NCBI GenBank assembly: GCA_050950825.1
Contig: JBMNIH010000004.1
Location: forward strand, 224,001-288,000
Length of the DNA: 64,000 nt
Source: Clostridia bacterium
Lineage (GTDB): Bacteria > Bacillota > Clostridia > JAAYHZ01
Reading direction: 5' to 3'
The notes beneath the pieces are model-generated. The model was not told the origin of the DNA, ran no database searches, and saw nothing but the letters and a program-made list of their open reading frames with translations. Positions 43,940-58,250 of the stretch are shown here, in pieces; within the stretch, counting starts at the first letter, position 1; each line of letters begins with the position of its first letter. Made by a program: the position numbers and the translations under genes.

Positions 43940-44431
43940 ATGGCCAAAGGAAAAATAACGTGTTCCTTTCAATTGAACGAAAAGGATTTTTTAAATTTTA
44001 ATTATGCAGTCAATCGAAGACCGCTACGCTTTATGCTGTTGTATGGTTTTATTTTGATGGCATTGGTTATCGGTTTTGAAGCCGTAAAAGAAAAAATAAA
44101 CGTCATTCCTATCATGATCGGCTTGTTCATTATTATCCTCTCCTTCGGCGTTACCCTTTTCAATATGGTTCGAAAAAGCAGAGAAGGTTGGGCGGTAAAT
44201 ACGGCTTTTCATGACCCGATGACGTTTGCGTTTGACGACAAAGGATTTTCTTGCACGACCCCTAAGCATTCGGCTCGTGTGACTTGGCAAAAAGTCACTA
44301 AAGTCGTATGGGGGAAAAAGATTATTGTTATCATGACGGGAGGCACCCAAGCCTATTTAATACCGACACGGATAGAAAACATAAACGAGGTAAAAAAAGT
44401 GATATGGGAGTACGTATCACATAAAAAATAA
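43940..44431 (+). CDS. YcxB-like membrane protein
   Basis: Two TM helices followed by FDDKGF...VTWQKV...YLIPTR. Confidence 0.65.
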   Translation: MAKGKITCSFQLNEKDFLNFNYAVNRRPLRFMLLYGFILMALVIGFEAVKEKINVIPIMIGLFIIILSFGVTLFNMVRKSREGWAVNTAFHDPMTFAFDDKGFSCTTPKHSARVTWQKVTKVVWGKKIIVIMTGGTQAYLIPTRIENINEVKKVIWEYVSHKK

Positions 44432-44478
44432 AGTGATTGTATGAAGACGATAAGACCGTAAGGAAAGGAAGAAAAGAC

Positions 44479-45207
44479 ATGCAAGATTTCAAAGAGCAAA
44501 GCGAAAGAAATTTTCAAATGTTAAAAGAAAATGCATATCCGGGCAGAGGAATCGTGTTGGGAATGGATTCTCAATCCAAACACTATATCCAAGTGTATTG
44601 GATAATGGGAAGAAGCGAAAACTCAAGAAATCGAATTTTCGTAGAAGAAAACGGATTCGTCAAAACGAAAGCATATGACGAGAATAAATGTACCGACCCT
44701 TCTTTGATTATCTATTACCCCGTGAAACACATCGGCTCTTGCCATATCGTTACCAACGGGGACCAGACGGATACCGTTTATGAAAGGATTAAAGAAAAGA
44801 AAACCTTTGAACAGGCGCTTATGGAAAGAACCTTCGAACCGGACAAACCGAATTTTACCCCTCGTATTTCCGGTTTGATCGACTTAAAAGATCCTCTTTT
44901 TGCATACAGGCTGTCCGTTTTAAAGACGGTCAATAATCGGGAAGAGTACGGGCAGAAGAATTTTTACTACTACCACAAGGCAATTCCCGGCTTTGGCCAC
45001 GGCATCACCACCTATCGGTCGGACGGCAATCCCTTGCCTTCATTTTCATCGGAGCCTTTGCTGCTGCCCTTGGAAGATTGCCCTGAAAAAACCGCCGAGT
45101 TGTATTGGAATGCATTGAATGAAGAGAATAAAGTTTCGCTGTTGGTGAAGTTCATCGACGCAGAATCCGGGGAATTTCAAATCGTAATCAAAAACAAGCT
45201 GGCATAA
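44479..45207 (+). CDS. Stand-alone IMP cyclohydrolase (PurO-like)
   Basis: YPGRGIVLG, YWIMGRSENSRNR, IVTNGDQTD, FEPD.PNFTPRISG. Confidence 0.85.
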   Translation: MQDFKEQSERNFQMLKENAYPGRGIVLGMDSQSKHYIQVYWIMGRSENSRNRIFVEENGFVKTKAYDENKCTDPSLIIYYPVKHIGSCHIVTNGDQTDTVYERIKEKKTFEQALMERTFEPDKPNFTPRISGLIDLKDPLFAYRLSVLKTVNNREEYGQKNFYYYHKAIPGFGHGITTYRSDGNPLPSFSSEPLLLPLEDCPEKTAELYWNALNEENKVSLLVKFIDAESGEFQIVIKNKLA

Positions 45208-45221
45208 GGAGGTATCTTTTT

Positions 45222-45494
45222 ATGGAAAAAGCGGTCGTTACGGTGTTAGGCGTAGACCGAGTAGGTATTATTGCGGATACTAGTGCCGTGATGAAAAAGT
45301 GCAACATTAATATCTTGGACATATCCCAGACCATTGTTCAAGATATGTTTACCATGATGATGATTGTGGATCTTACGAACGGCAACCGACCTTTCGACAA
45401 CGTAAAAGAAGAATTGGATAAAGTGGCATTGGATTTAGGCGTCCAAATCAAAATACAGCATATGGACATATTTCAGTCGATGCACAGAATTTAA
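45222..45494 (+). CDS. ACT domain protein (UPF0237-like)
   Basis: VTVLGVDRVGII, NILDISQTI, IFQSMHRI. Confidence 0.88.
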   Translation: MEKAVVTVLGVDRVGIIADTSAVMKKCNINILDISQTIVQDMFTMMMIVDLTNGNRPFDNVKEELDKVALDLGVQIKIQHMDIFQSMHRI

Positions 45495-45513
45495 AAGAAC
45501 AGGAGGCTGATTT

Positions 45514-46872
45514 ATGCCGGGGCTTTATGAAGTATATGAAACCTTGAAAATGATCGAGAAAGAGCATTTGGATATACGAACGGTTACCATGGGGATCTCT
45601 CTTTTCGACTGCTGCGACAGCGACGGCAAAAAAGCGTGTCAAAAAATATACGATAAGATTACCAAGAGAGCGGAGAACTTGGTAAAAACCGTGGAAGCGG
45701 TAGAAAGAAAATTCGGAATACCCATTGTCAACAAAAGAATATCCGTAACACCCGTTTCTTTGATAGCCGGATCTTCCGATGCAAAGGATTATACATGTTT
45801 TGCGGAAGCCATGGATAAAGCGGCCGCGACTACCGGGGTCGACTATATCGGAGGATTTACGTCTTTGGTGCAAAAAGGCTTTACCAAGGGAGACGAAATA
45901 TTGATCAATTCCATTCCCAAAGCCATTGCATCCACCCGCAAGGTATGTTCTTCGGTGAACGTGGCTTCTACAAAAGCCGGCATCAATATGGATGCCGTGA
46001 AAAAAATGGGTGCGGTTATCAAGGAGCTGGCTTATGCCACCAAAGAGGAAAACTGCTTCGGCTGTGCAAAGCTGGTGGTGTTTGCCAATGCACCGGACGA
46101 CAATCCTTTTATGGCGGGAGCCTATCACGGTATCGGAGAACCGGAAACCTGCATTAACGTAGGAGTCAGCGGACCCGGAGCCGTAAAAGCCGTACTGGAA
46201 AAGGTTAAAGGAGAGGACTTGGGAACGGTAGCGGAAACCGTTAAAAGAACCGCCTTCAAAATCACCCGTGTCGGCCAATTGGTGGCAAGAGAGGTGTCCG
46301 CCCTTTTAGGTACCAAGTTCGGCATAGTGGATTTGTCCCTTGCGCCTACACCCGTGGTGGGAGACAGTATCGCGCGGATTTTGGAAGAGATGGGCGTGGA
46401 AAAGTGCGGTACCCACGGTTCGACGGCGGCTTTGGCTTTATTAAACGACGCCGTGAAAAAAGGCGGTGTTATGGCTTCATCTTACGTTGGGGGATTAAGC
46501 GGTGCCTTCATCCCGGTTAGCGAAGACGAAGGCATGTGTGCGGCCGTTATGGACGGTGCTTTGTCATTGGATAAATTGGAAGCCATGACCTGCGTATGCT
46601 CGGTAGGCTTGGACATGATCGTGGTTCCCGGAGACATCTCCGCCGAGACCATTTCCGCCATTATTGCCGATGAAGCGGCTATCGGTATGATCAATAACAA
46701 AACCACTGCCGTTCGATTGATTCCGGCCATCGGTAAAAAAGAAGGCGATGTAATCGAATACGGCGGCTTATGGGGGAAAGCACCGGTCATGAAGGTGAAT
46801 CCGTACAAAAGCGCCGAATTTATCAATCGGGGAGGAAGAATCCCTGCCCCCATCAACAGTTTGCGAAACTGA
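45514..46872 (+). CDS. PFL-like family protein (UPF0210/DUF711)
   Basis: [43 protein letters not shown]. Confidence 0.88.
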   Translation: MPGLYEVYETLKMIEKEHLDIRTVTMGISLFDCCDSDGKKACQKIYDKITKRAENLVKTVEAVERKFGIPIVNKRISVTPVSLIAGSSDAKDYTCFAEAMDKAAATTGVDYIGGFTSLVQKGFTKGDEILINSIPKAIASTRKVCSSVNVASTKAGINMDAVKKMGAVIKELAYATKEENCFGCAKLVVFANAPDDNPFMAGAYHGIGEPETCINVGVSGPGAVKAVLEKVKGEDLGTVAETVKRTAFKITRVGQLVAREVSALLGTKFGIVDLSLAPTPVVGDSIARILEEMGVEKCGTHGSTAALALLNDAVKKGGVMASSYVGGLSGAFIPVSEDEGMCAAVMDGALSLDKLEAMTCVCSVGLDMIVVPGDISAETISAIIADEAAIGMINNKTTAVRLIPAIGKKEGDVIEYGGLWGKAPVMKVNPYKSAEFINRGGRIPAPINSLRN

Positions 46873-46933
46873 AAGCGAGCCATTGTCCGCCGACATTTGT
46901 CGGCGGACCGTGATATTATGATCAAAATAAAAA

Positions 46934-48728
46934 GGGGCTGTTGCATTAGAGGTTTTTTAAACATCTGATGCACTGCCTCTTTTTCAATATTTTACCTTGA
47001 ATTTAAGGAATTTTAATTAATTTTAATCAACAAAGAAGCCGATTACTAAAAAAGGGTGCACTTAATACACCTTTTGTAATAATCGGCTTTTTCTTTAATT
47101 TGTTTTCACTTAAGCACTATTTTCAAATTGAAAAAGATGTGTACCGGTTCGTCCGGCTTGAATTTTACTGTGAAGCTTATTTACGTTAAAAGCCATAGCC
47201 AGTAGTATGCTCTCGGCAAGTACATTCGCCTTACCTCTGCACAAAAATCTCCGAAATCCCATGTCCTGCTTTATTGTTCCGAAAGATCCTTCCGCCTGTA
47301 TGCTTCTGTTTATTCTAAGAATTTCCTTTTATACATTTACTTTTGAAGGAGCAATCACTGCAATCTTCGCATGTATAAACCGTTTTCCTCGCTCAAAAAT
47401 CCGTTTTTGCTTCTTTTCTTTATTATATCGCTAACGACAAGTTTTCTCTTGTTATGACAGACGTAATAATCTCCTTCTGCATGGTATTCCATATTTTCCA
47501 TAAGACCAATGTCATTTTTATATTTCTTGGTTTTGGATTGTTCGTAATTTAACGGTTTAATATACGCCGATTGGCCGTTTTTATCCAAGTAAATATAGTT
47601 TTCTTCGCTTTCGTATCCTGCGTCCGCGACAACTTTTTTGTATTTGAATTTTAAATGGGATCTCATTTCATTCAAAAAAGGTATTAGAGTCGGTGCATCC
47701 GTTGTGCATTGATTCACCGTTACCCATGTTATGTACTCGGAGTCAACGCCATGCTGAATGTTATATGCCGCTTTCAGCTGACCGTTGCCCATAGCGTCCT
47801 CTTTCATTCTCATAAACGTCGCATCGTGATCCGTTTTTGAAAAACTGTTGCGGTCTCCGCATACATGTATGTTTTTCGTATATTCCTTCAGCTTATCCAA
47901 ATAATTCTCCAAAGTCTCAATGGATCGTTGGAAAGGTGTTTTTCTCTTCCCTTTTCCATGTACGAACTCGATGTTTTCTTCCTTCTTTATGGCATACAGT
48001 CTCTTGCGTAACTTTTTAACGTGTTTCATTTCGACTTGATTATTGTATACTATTTTGATTCCGTACTTTTCCTCGCATTCCGCGAAGAAATCCGCCAATT
48101 TTGCAAGCAACTTCTCTTGATTTTTTGTGACCGCTCTTTTCCAGACAAAAGTGTATTTGTTTGCACACGCCTCTATTTTCGTGCCGTCAATAAATATGGC
48201 GTCGCCGGATAATTCTCCGATATCATAGAGAAATTCGGACATTTCACTCAAAATTCTTTTGGCACAAGGTGTGAAATGCAAGCTTCGAAACCTGGAAAAC
48301 GTTGCATGATCAGGTACCGGCATACCCTCTAAAAGGTACATAAAATTTACATCGCGACGACATGCTTTTTCTATGTCTCTTGATGAATAAATATGATTCA
48401 TGTATGCGTAAATTAAGATTTTAAGCATCTGACGCGGGCTTGCTTGGTTTCTCTTTATACGAGAATAAGTCGAATACAAATCTTCTAAATCCATCTCCTC
48501 CACAAAATGACTCAACAAGCGAACCGGATCATCGTCAGGAATTTTATATTCCAATTCTATTGGAAGTTTTAGTTGATAATTTCTTCGTTTAAATGTATAC
48601 TTCTTATTAAGTTTTAAGGTTTTCATATTGTTATTTTATCATAAATCCCTTGCTTCTTGGGCATCGGGATTTATTTTTTATCAATTAAAAAGAGGCTGTG
48701 CACTATTTCTTTTTAGTGCAACAGCCCC
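46934..48728 (-). mobile_element. IS1182-family insertion sequence (defective)
   Basis: Terminal IR GGGGCTGTTGCA / TGCAACAGCCCC; each end folds into a hairpin. Confidence 0.85.
47110..48626 (-). pseudogene. IS1182 transposase with frameshift and apparent internal deletion
   Basis: IDGTKIEA, TDHDATFMRMK, VADAGYESEEN; C-terminal NRSIQAEGSFG..KQD..FRRF lies out of frame beyond the stop at 47355. Confidence 0.85.
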
Positions 48729-48761
48729 TTTTTTCATGTATTCGAGTTTTCCTTAAATCTC

Positions 48762-50579
48762 TTACCACGGGTTTTCGGGGAATGCCGGACGTCTGCTATC
48801 GATGGTGTATACGGGATCAATCAGGTCTTTTACCAAGCTCTTGTTGTACGTCATCATAAATCCGTCTAAGTTCTGTCGGTCCATGCTGACGGCCTTTGAC
48901 CCGTAGCTTACGTAAGGCATGCCGCCTACGGCACAAATGATGTTAAATCCTTCGGAGACAAGGTAATTGTAGCTTTCCGAGCCGGGTCTCGATTGGTAAC
49001 CGAAGGGAGTAATGTAGATATTGGTTTTGCCGATGATCGGTTCCACTTCTTTTTTCCAACGCTCCGTATCTCTCTTTAATAAATCCAAGGAAAATACGCC
49101 GTCGCTGAAGTCGTCGTGGTGGGTGTAGCTGTGGCTTGCAAAGGCCCAGCCGTTAGCTTTCAAGGCGTCCGCCACTTTTTTGGCTTCAGCGGTCAACGCT
49201 TCGATTTCGGCCTTGTCCTTTTCATCGGGATTGTTGGTTCTGTAGCCCAATACTCCTTCGTAACCGGTCAGCGCGATAACGCCTTTTGCTCCTTGGTAGG
49301 AGAAGTCCGGATGCTCTTCCACGAATTTGTCTACCAAAGGCATTACGTCATGTTCTCTGGAGATCACTTGACTTCCGTCCGGTGCAATCGTAAGGTTTGC
49401 GACTTTTCCGTTTTCGTCGATAATGAGTTTTTCGGGGAACCCGTCTCCCTTCATATATTCGTAGTAGGAAACGTCGTCAATGGATAATATAATCGGTTTC
49501 TTTCCCTTCGGAACCATAATCTTGTTCTTGGTAATGGTTCCGTCCGGATTGGTGGTGATTAATTTTCGAATATCGTATAGTATGAAATTTCTTTCGTAGA
49601 GCTGCTCCAATATTTTTTTGCATTCTTCCACGGTTGTCATCCAATAGTTGTATCCCTGTTGTTTATAATCACCGTCAAAGGCTTTCTCGGGATAAACGAT
49701 CAAACTGTGGAAGAAAATGTGATACAAGGGTCCCGTATACTCGTAAAGCTCCGCCAAATATTTTTGACCCGATTCTTTTAATTCCAAAAGCTTTGCGCTG
49801 TCGGGGAAGAGGGCTAAGTATTCGTCGGCCTTGTTTATGGCATTTTCATATTCGTAGGATTGAATCAGCTTTTCCACTTCGTCGATATAACCGTTTAGCA
49901 GAGCTTGGTTCAATTCCTCTATTTTTTCCTGCGCCTGTATGTAATGGTATTGGTCTTTGCCGATCGTTTTTAATATATCGATGGCATCGGCGATTCTATT
50001 TTGATTTATTTGATCCAAGGCACGGTCGTAAATTTCTTTGGATTTTTTAATTTCAGGCAGTTGTGCCAAATAATCGTCTCGTTCCTTCAGCTCCGGGGCT
50101 ACCGATTTGGACCGGGTTAAATAATTCATGGCACGGTCATAGGAAAGCTTGTTATCCAAATAGTCTTGCACGATTTGGTCGGTTACTTGCAAAATGATCT
50201 TTTGCGTATAGGAAGAAAAAACTTTAAAGCCTTCCAGCTTCTCCGAGGTTTCCTTCGAAATTTCCGAAGAAGACATGGATTCCGCCAAAGAAGCGTATTC
50301 TTCCATAAGAAGACTGTTCATCAGGGTTACGGTTTCGTCGTTTTTTCCGTCTTTGTTTTTACCGACGATATATTCGTAGTGCTCCTTCGCACTTTTGTAA
50401 TCTCCCTCCTTCAGAGAATCGCTGAAGTTCTGAAACCTTTGTTGAATGGTTTTATTCGCTCCGGTAGGAGTACCGGGGTTTTGGGTGTTTTGAGGGTCGT
50501 TCACCGAACCGAATTCGCATGCCGACGCCGACAAGATAAGGGTTACAACTAAAAGAAGCGAAAAAAATCTTTTTATCAT
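48762..50579 (-). CDS. Lipoprotein with helical/TPR stalk and CE4-like deacetylase domain (paralog of 36628-38466)
   Basis: Signal peptide ending LSASAC; HIFFHSL, LSIDD, SHSYTH. Confidence 0.72.
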   Translation of the reverse strand: MIKRFFSLLLVVTLILSASACEFGSVNDPQNTQNPGTPTGANKTIQQRFQNFSDSLKEGDYKSAKEHYEYIVGKNKDGKNDETVTLMNSLLMEEYASLAESMSSSEISKETSEKLEGFKVFSSYTQKIILQVTDQIVQDYLDNKLSYDRAMNYLTRSKSVAPELKERDDYLAQLPEIKKSKEIYDRALDQINQNRIADAIDILKTIGKDQYHYIQAQEKIEELNQALLNGYIDEVEKLIQSYEYENAINKADEYLALFPDSAKLLELKESGQKYLAELYEYTGPLYHIFFHSLIVYPEKAFDGDYKQQGYNYWMTTVEECKKILEQLYERNFILYDIRKLITTNPDGTITKNKIMVPKGKKPIILSIDDVSYYEYMKGDGFPEKLIIDENGKVANLTIAPDGSQVISREHDVMPLVDKFVEEHPDFSYQGAKGVIALTGYEGVLGYRTNNPDEKDKAEIEALTAEAKKVADALKANGWAFASHSYTHHDDFSDGVFSLDLLKRDTERWKKEVEPIIGKTNIYITPFGYQSRPGSESYNYLVSEGFNIICAVGGMPYVSYGSKAVSMDRQNLDGFMMTYNKSLVKDLIDPVYTIDSRRPAFPENPW

Positions 50580-50745
50580 AATTAACGTTCCTTTACTAAG
50601 TAGTATATTTGTTAGACGAGTGAAACGCCTCGTTTGGGTGCATAAAAATCAAAAAAAGTTATTAAATATTCGCAAAAAATTTCAATAAAAAAATAGTATC
50701 AAGAAAAACAGGTATTTTCAATATCTATAGTTTATGTTATTTTAG

Positions 50746-53979
<3,234 letters not shown>

Positions 53980-54069
53980 CTTCCGCAGTCCTTTTTGCAC
54001 TGCAAGAAAAAATATTGATTCTTGCAGTGTTTTGCGTTAAAATAAAGCTTATTTCAGAATGGAGATTGC

Positions 54070-54591
54070 ATGGAAGAAATGATACCGTGGGTACTTGTAG
54101 TTATGGGAAGCGACTCGGATTACGATGTCGTTAAAGGTTGCCTGAAAATATTAAAGCAATTTGGAATCGGATTTGAAGCGGTTGTATGTTCCGCCCACCG
54201 AACACCGGACGCTGCCGCGGAATATGCGAAAAACGCCGCGGATAACGGTTTTGAAGTCATCATCGCCGCTGCCGGTAAGGCGGCTCATTTACCCGGAGTT
54301 TTAGCAGCCTATACGACTTTACCGGTTATCGGATTGCCGATCAAATCCTCTACTTTAGACGGCTTGGATTCTTTACTGTCCATCGTTCAAATGCCGAACG
54401 GCGTGCCGGTTGCCACCGTTGCCATTAACGGAGCCGAAAATGCCGGTTTGCTGGCGGCTCAAATTCTTGCGCTGAAATATCCCGAAATCGAAGCGAAGCT
54501 GATTTCGTTTAAGGAGGATATGAAAAACGGCGTGGTCAAAAAGAATATCGATTTGCAAGAAAAGATTAAGAACGATATGAATACACTGTGA
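54070..54591 (+). CDS. purE: N5-CAIR mutase
   Basis: [30 protein letters not shown]. Confidence 0.95.
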   Translation: MEEMIPWVLVVMGSDSDYDVVKGCLKILKQFGIGFEAVVCSAHRTPDAAAEYAKNAADNGFEVIIAAAGKAAHLPGVLAAYTTLPVIGLPIKSSTLDGLDSLLSIVQMPNGVPVATVAINGAENAGLLAAQILALKYPEIEAKLISFKEDMKNGVVKKNIDLQEKIKNDMNTL

Positions 54592-54667
54592 CACTTTGCA
54601 TATTAACGATGATGGTTTATTTGATTTTATATAAACATTGTATAAATTAGTAGTGGAGGAAACAAAT

Positions 54668-55690
54668 ATGAAGTATAAGGATTCCGGTGTTGATGTTGAG
54701 GCCGGTTACAGAGCGGTCGAATTGATGAAGAAACATGTCAATAAAACCCTGACTCCGAATGTAATCGGAGGTATCGGCAGTTTTGGCGGACTCTATGCTT
54801 TGGATGTCAAAGACATGAAAAGTCCCGTTTTGGTCTCCGGTACGGACGGTGTAGGTACGAAGCTGAAATTTGCTTTCATCGCCGATCGTCATGATACTAT
54901 CGGAATCGACTGCGTAGCCATGTGTGTCAACGATATCATGTGCAGCGGTGCAGTGCCCTTGTTCTTTTTAGACTATATTGCTTGCGGCAAAAACTATCCG
55001 GAAAAGATCGAGCAAATCGTAAAGGGCGTAGCGGAAGGCTGCATCCAAGCGGAATGTGCCTTGATCGGCGGTGAAACGGCGGAAATGCCCGGTTTTTACG
55101 ATTACGACGAATACGACATTGCCGGTTTTGCGGTAGGAATTGTGGAACGCGATAAAATCATCGACGGAAGCAAAATAACGGAAGGGGATGCGCTGATCGG
55201 TTTGGCGTCTTCCGGGTTACATAGCAACGGTTTTTCTTTAATTCGAAAAGCAGTCGGCGAAAATCAAGAAAGATTAAATCAAAAAATCGATGATTTTAAA
55301 GGCAGCATTTTGGACGAGCTTTTAACTCCTACGAAAATATATGTAAAAACCTTAAAGAGCGTTTTATCGCGGTATGAAGTCAAAGGAATCGCCCATATCA
55401 CCGGAGGCGGATTCTACGAAAACATACCCCGAATACTGCCGGAAGGATATACCGCCAACGTAAAAAAAGCCACATGGCCGATTCTGCCTATCTTCCACTT
55501 GATTAACAATGCGGGGATGATTCCGGAGGATGAAATGTACCGTACATTCAACATGGGAATCGGTATGGTTCTTGCAGTCGGAAGCGATATCGCCGACGAA
55601 TTGACTTCCTTTATCAATACCCGAACGGACAGCCGAGCATACATAATCGGAGAAATCGGCAAAGGGGAAGAGAGTATAAAGCTATGGTAA
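54668..55690 (+). CDS. purM: Phosphoribosylformylglycinamidine cyclo-ligase
   Basis: YKDSGVD, GTDGVGTK, GGETAEMPG, SGLHSNG. Confidence 0.95.
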   Translation: MKYKDSGVDVEAGYRAVELMKKHVNKTLTPNVIGGIGSFGGLYALDVKDMKSPVLVSGTDGVGTKLKFAFIADRHDTIGIDCVAMCVNDIMCSGAVPLFFLDYIACGKNYPEKIEQIVKGVAEGCIQAECALIGGETAEMPGFYDYDEYDIAGFAVGIVERDKIIDGSKITEGDALIGLASSGLHSNGFSLIRKAVGENQERLNQKIDDFKGSILDELLTPTKIYVKTLKSVLSRYEVKGIAHITGGGFYENIPRILPEGYTANVKKATWPILPIFHLINNAGMIPEDEMYRTFNMGIGMVLAVGSDIADELTSFINTRTDSRAYIIGEIGKGEESIKLW

Positions 55691-56310
55691 ACATTGCAGT
55701 TTTCGTATCCGGTGGTGGAACCAATTTGCAAGCTTTAATCGATAAAATCAACGGCGGATACATCACCGGTGCCAAAATCGCAGTGGTGGTATCAAGCAAT
55801 TACAAGGCATATGCCATCAAAAGAGCCGAAGAAAACGGTATTCCCTATAGAGTGATTTCAAAAAAGGATTTTTCCTCGATAGAGGAATTTGACCGAGCAA
55901 TGCTGGACGTATGCGAAGAGTACGGCATCAACCTGGTGGTATTGGCCGGATATTTATCCATGTTAGGACAAGGTTTTGTTTCCGCCTATAAAAACCGTAT
56001 TTTAAACATCCACCCGTCTTTGATTCCTTCCTTCTGCGGAAAAGGATACTACGGAATCACGCCTCATGAAAAAGCATTGGAGTATGGCGTAAAGATTACG
56101 GGTGCTACGGTTCACTTTGTGGATTTTGAATACGACAGCGGCCCTATTGTTTTACAAAAGGCCGTTGAAGTAAAAGATAACGATACACCGGAGATCTTGC
56201 AAAAAAGAGTTATGGAAGAAGCGGAATGGGAGATCCTTCCGCTGGCGGTGAAGTTGTTTTGCGAAGGAAAGTTAAAAGTGGAAGGCAGGAAGGTTCGCAT
56301 CTTGCCATAA
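55684..56310 (+). CDS. purN: Phosphoribosylglycinamide formyltransferase
   Basis: SGGGTNLQA, LNIHPSL, GATVHFV. Confidence 0.95.
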   Translation: MVNIAVFVSGGGTNLQALIDKINGGYITGAKIAVVVSSNYKAYAIKRAEENGIPYRVISKKDFSSIEEFDRAMLDVCEEYGINLVVLAGYLSMLGQGFVSAYKNRILNIHPSLIPSFCGKGYYGITPHEKALEYGVKITGATVHFVDFEYDSGPIVLQKAVEVKDNDTPEILQKRVMEEAEWEILPLAVKLFCEGKLKVEGRKVRILP

Positions 56311-56366
56311 ACTTTGACATTATACGGAAAGCGTGGTGAAGCTCCTGATTTTATTCAGGTGAATAT

Positions 56367-57629
56367 ATGAATATACTCGTAATCGGAGGCGGCGGCAGAG
56401 AACATGCCATCGTATGGAAGCTGTCTCGATCTTCTCATAATGTGAAGCTGTGGTGTGCCCCGGGAAACGGAGGCATATCCCGTTTAGCCGAATGCGTCGA
56501 CATCAAACCCATGGAATTTGATAAAATCGTATCTTTTGCAAAGACGCAAAAAACGGATTTGGTTGTGGTAGCGCCGGACGATCCTTTGGCGGCAGGGCTT
56601 GTAGACCTTTTGGAGGCAAACGGTATACCGGCCTTCGGACCTTGCAAGGACGCCGCCCGTCTGGAAGGCAGCAAGGCCTTTGCAAAAGATTTTATGAAAA
56701 AATACAAGATCCCCACGGCGGATTATCGGGTGTTTGACAATCCGAAGGATGCTTTGGATTACCTTGATGATTGTTCTTTTCCCGTGGTGGTAAAAGCGGA
56801 CGGCTTGGCTTTTGGTAAAGGCGTTATCATTGCGGAAGACAAAACAACCGCCGTAGATGCCGTTGAAAGCATGATGGAAAAGAAAAGCTTCGGAGAAGCC
56901 GGTAAAAAGATTGTTATTGAAGAGTTTTTAACCGGTCGGGAAGTTACGGTATTGGCGTTTACCGACGGTACGACCTTGCTTCCTATGGTCAGCTCCCAAG
57001 ACCATAAAAGAGTTTATGACAACGACAAAGGATTAAACACCGGGGGAATGGGAACCTTTGCTCCGAGCAAATTCTACGACGAAGAAACGGAAAAGCTCTG
57101 TTACGAGACTATTTTTCAGCCGACACTGGAAGGCTTGAAAAAAGAAGGAATCAAATACAAAGGGGTATTGTATTTCGGATTGATTTTAACGGAAAAAGGA
57201 CCCTATGTATTGGAATACAATGCCCGATTCGGCGATCCGGAGACCCAAGTGGTGCTTCCTTTATTGAAAAACGATTTGTCGGATGTTTTCATGGCGGTAA
57301 GAAATGAAAGCTTATCCGATGTCATTTTGGAATGGGAAGACAAATATTGCGTGTGCGTGGTTTTGGCATCCGGAGGGTATCCGGGGTCCTACAAAACCGG
57401 GTATGAAATACAGGGGCTTGATCGATACGAAAATTCGGAGGATATTCTTTTGTTCCATGCGGGAACGAAAAGAATGGACGAAAAATTTATGACGGCCGGA
57501 GGAAGAGTTTTAGGCGTTACGGCAAAGGGCAGAAGCATGGAAGAGGCCCGAGAAAAGGCGTATGAAGCGGTAAAACATATCCGTTTTACCGACATGCACT
57601 ACCGTACCGATATCGGCATAAAAAAATGA
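56367..57629 (+). CDS. purD: Phosphoribosylamine-glycine ligase
   Basis: GGGGREHA, KADGLAFGKGV, NTGGMG, EYNARFGDPE. Confidence 0.96.
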   Translation: MNILVIGGGGREHAIVWKLSRSSHNVKLWCAPGNGGISRLAECVDIKPMEFDKIVSFAKTQKTDLVVVAPDDPLAAGLVDLLEANGIPAFGPCKDAARLEGSKAFAKDFMKKYKIPTADYRVFDNPKDALDYLDDCSFPVVVKADGLAFGKGVIIAEDKTTAVDAVESMMEKKSFGEAGKKIVIEEFLTGREVTVLAFTDGTTLLPMVSSQDHKRVYDNDKGLNTGGMGTFAPSKFYDEETEKLCYETIFQPTLEGLKKEGIKYKGVLYFGLILTEKGPYVLEYNARFGDPETQVVLPLLKNDLSDVFMAVRNESLSDVILEWEDKYCVCVVLASGGYPGSYKTGYEIQGLDRYENSEDILLFHAGTKRMDEKFMTAGGRVLGVTAKGRSMEEAREKAYEAVKHIRFTDMHYRTDIGIKK

Positions 57630-58243
57630 GTAAACGATTAATTGCAGTGATCGGAGGAAGCTTCAATCCGGTCCATAACGGACATATTGCCATAGGAGAA
57701 GCCGTGGAAAGGGCGCTTTCGCCCGATAAGATTCTCTTTATCCCTTCCTATATCCATGCAGATAAAGGGAAAGCGCAAGGGGCGTCGCCCGAGGATCGAT
57801 TTTTTATGCTGCAATTGGCCTTGGAAGGCCGATCCGGATGGGAAGTATCGGACATCGAATACAAGAGGGAGGAGACCTCCTACACCGTTCATACCATGGA
57901 AAAACTTACGAAGATGTACGAAAACACCGAATTCCATTTTGTATGCGGTGCCGACATCATGTATACCATTCACACTTGGAGAGAACCGTATCGACTTTTT
58001 CAATTATGTAAATTTGCCGTCGTTCAAAGACCGGGTTATACCACCGAAGAATTTTTGGAACAGGTGGACAGGGTAAGAAAAGAATACGACGGCCATATTA
58101 AAGTTATTGAGTGTGACCAATTGGACATATCCTCTTCGGATATTCGACAACGATTGAGCCGCGGTGCGGATGTTGCCGGTATGCTGCCAGAAAGGGTTTT
58201 GGAATACATTAAGGAAAAGGGGCTTTACAAAGCGAGTGTTTAA
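57626..58243 (+). CDS. nadD: Nicotinate-nucleotide adenylyltransferase
   Basis: GGSFNPVHNGH, SYT, GAD, ISSSDIR. Confidence 0.92.
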   Translation: MSKRLIAVIGGSFNPVHNGHIAIGEAVERALSPDKILFIPSYIHADKGKAQGASPEDRFFMLQLALEGRSGWEVSDIEYKREETSYTVHTMEKLTKMYENTEFHFVCGADIMYTIHTWREPYRLFQLCKFAVVQRPGYTTEEFLEQVDRVRKEYDGHIKVIECDQLDISSSDIRQRLSRGADVAGMLPERVLEYIKEKGLYKASV

Positions 58244-58250
58244 TGGAAGT

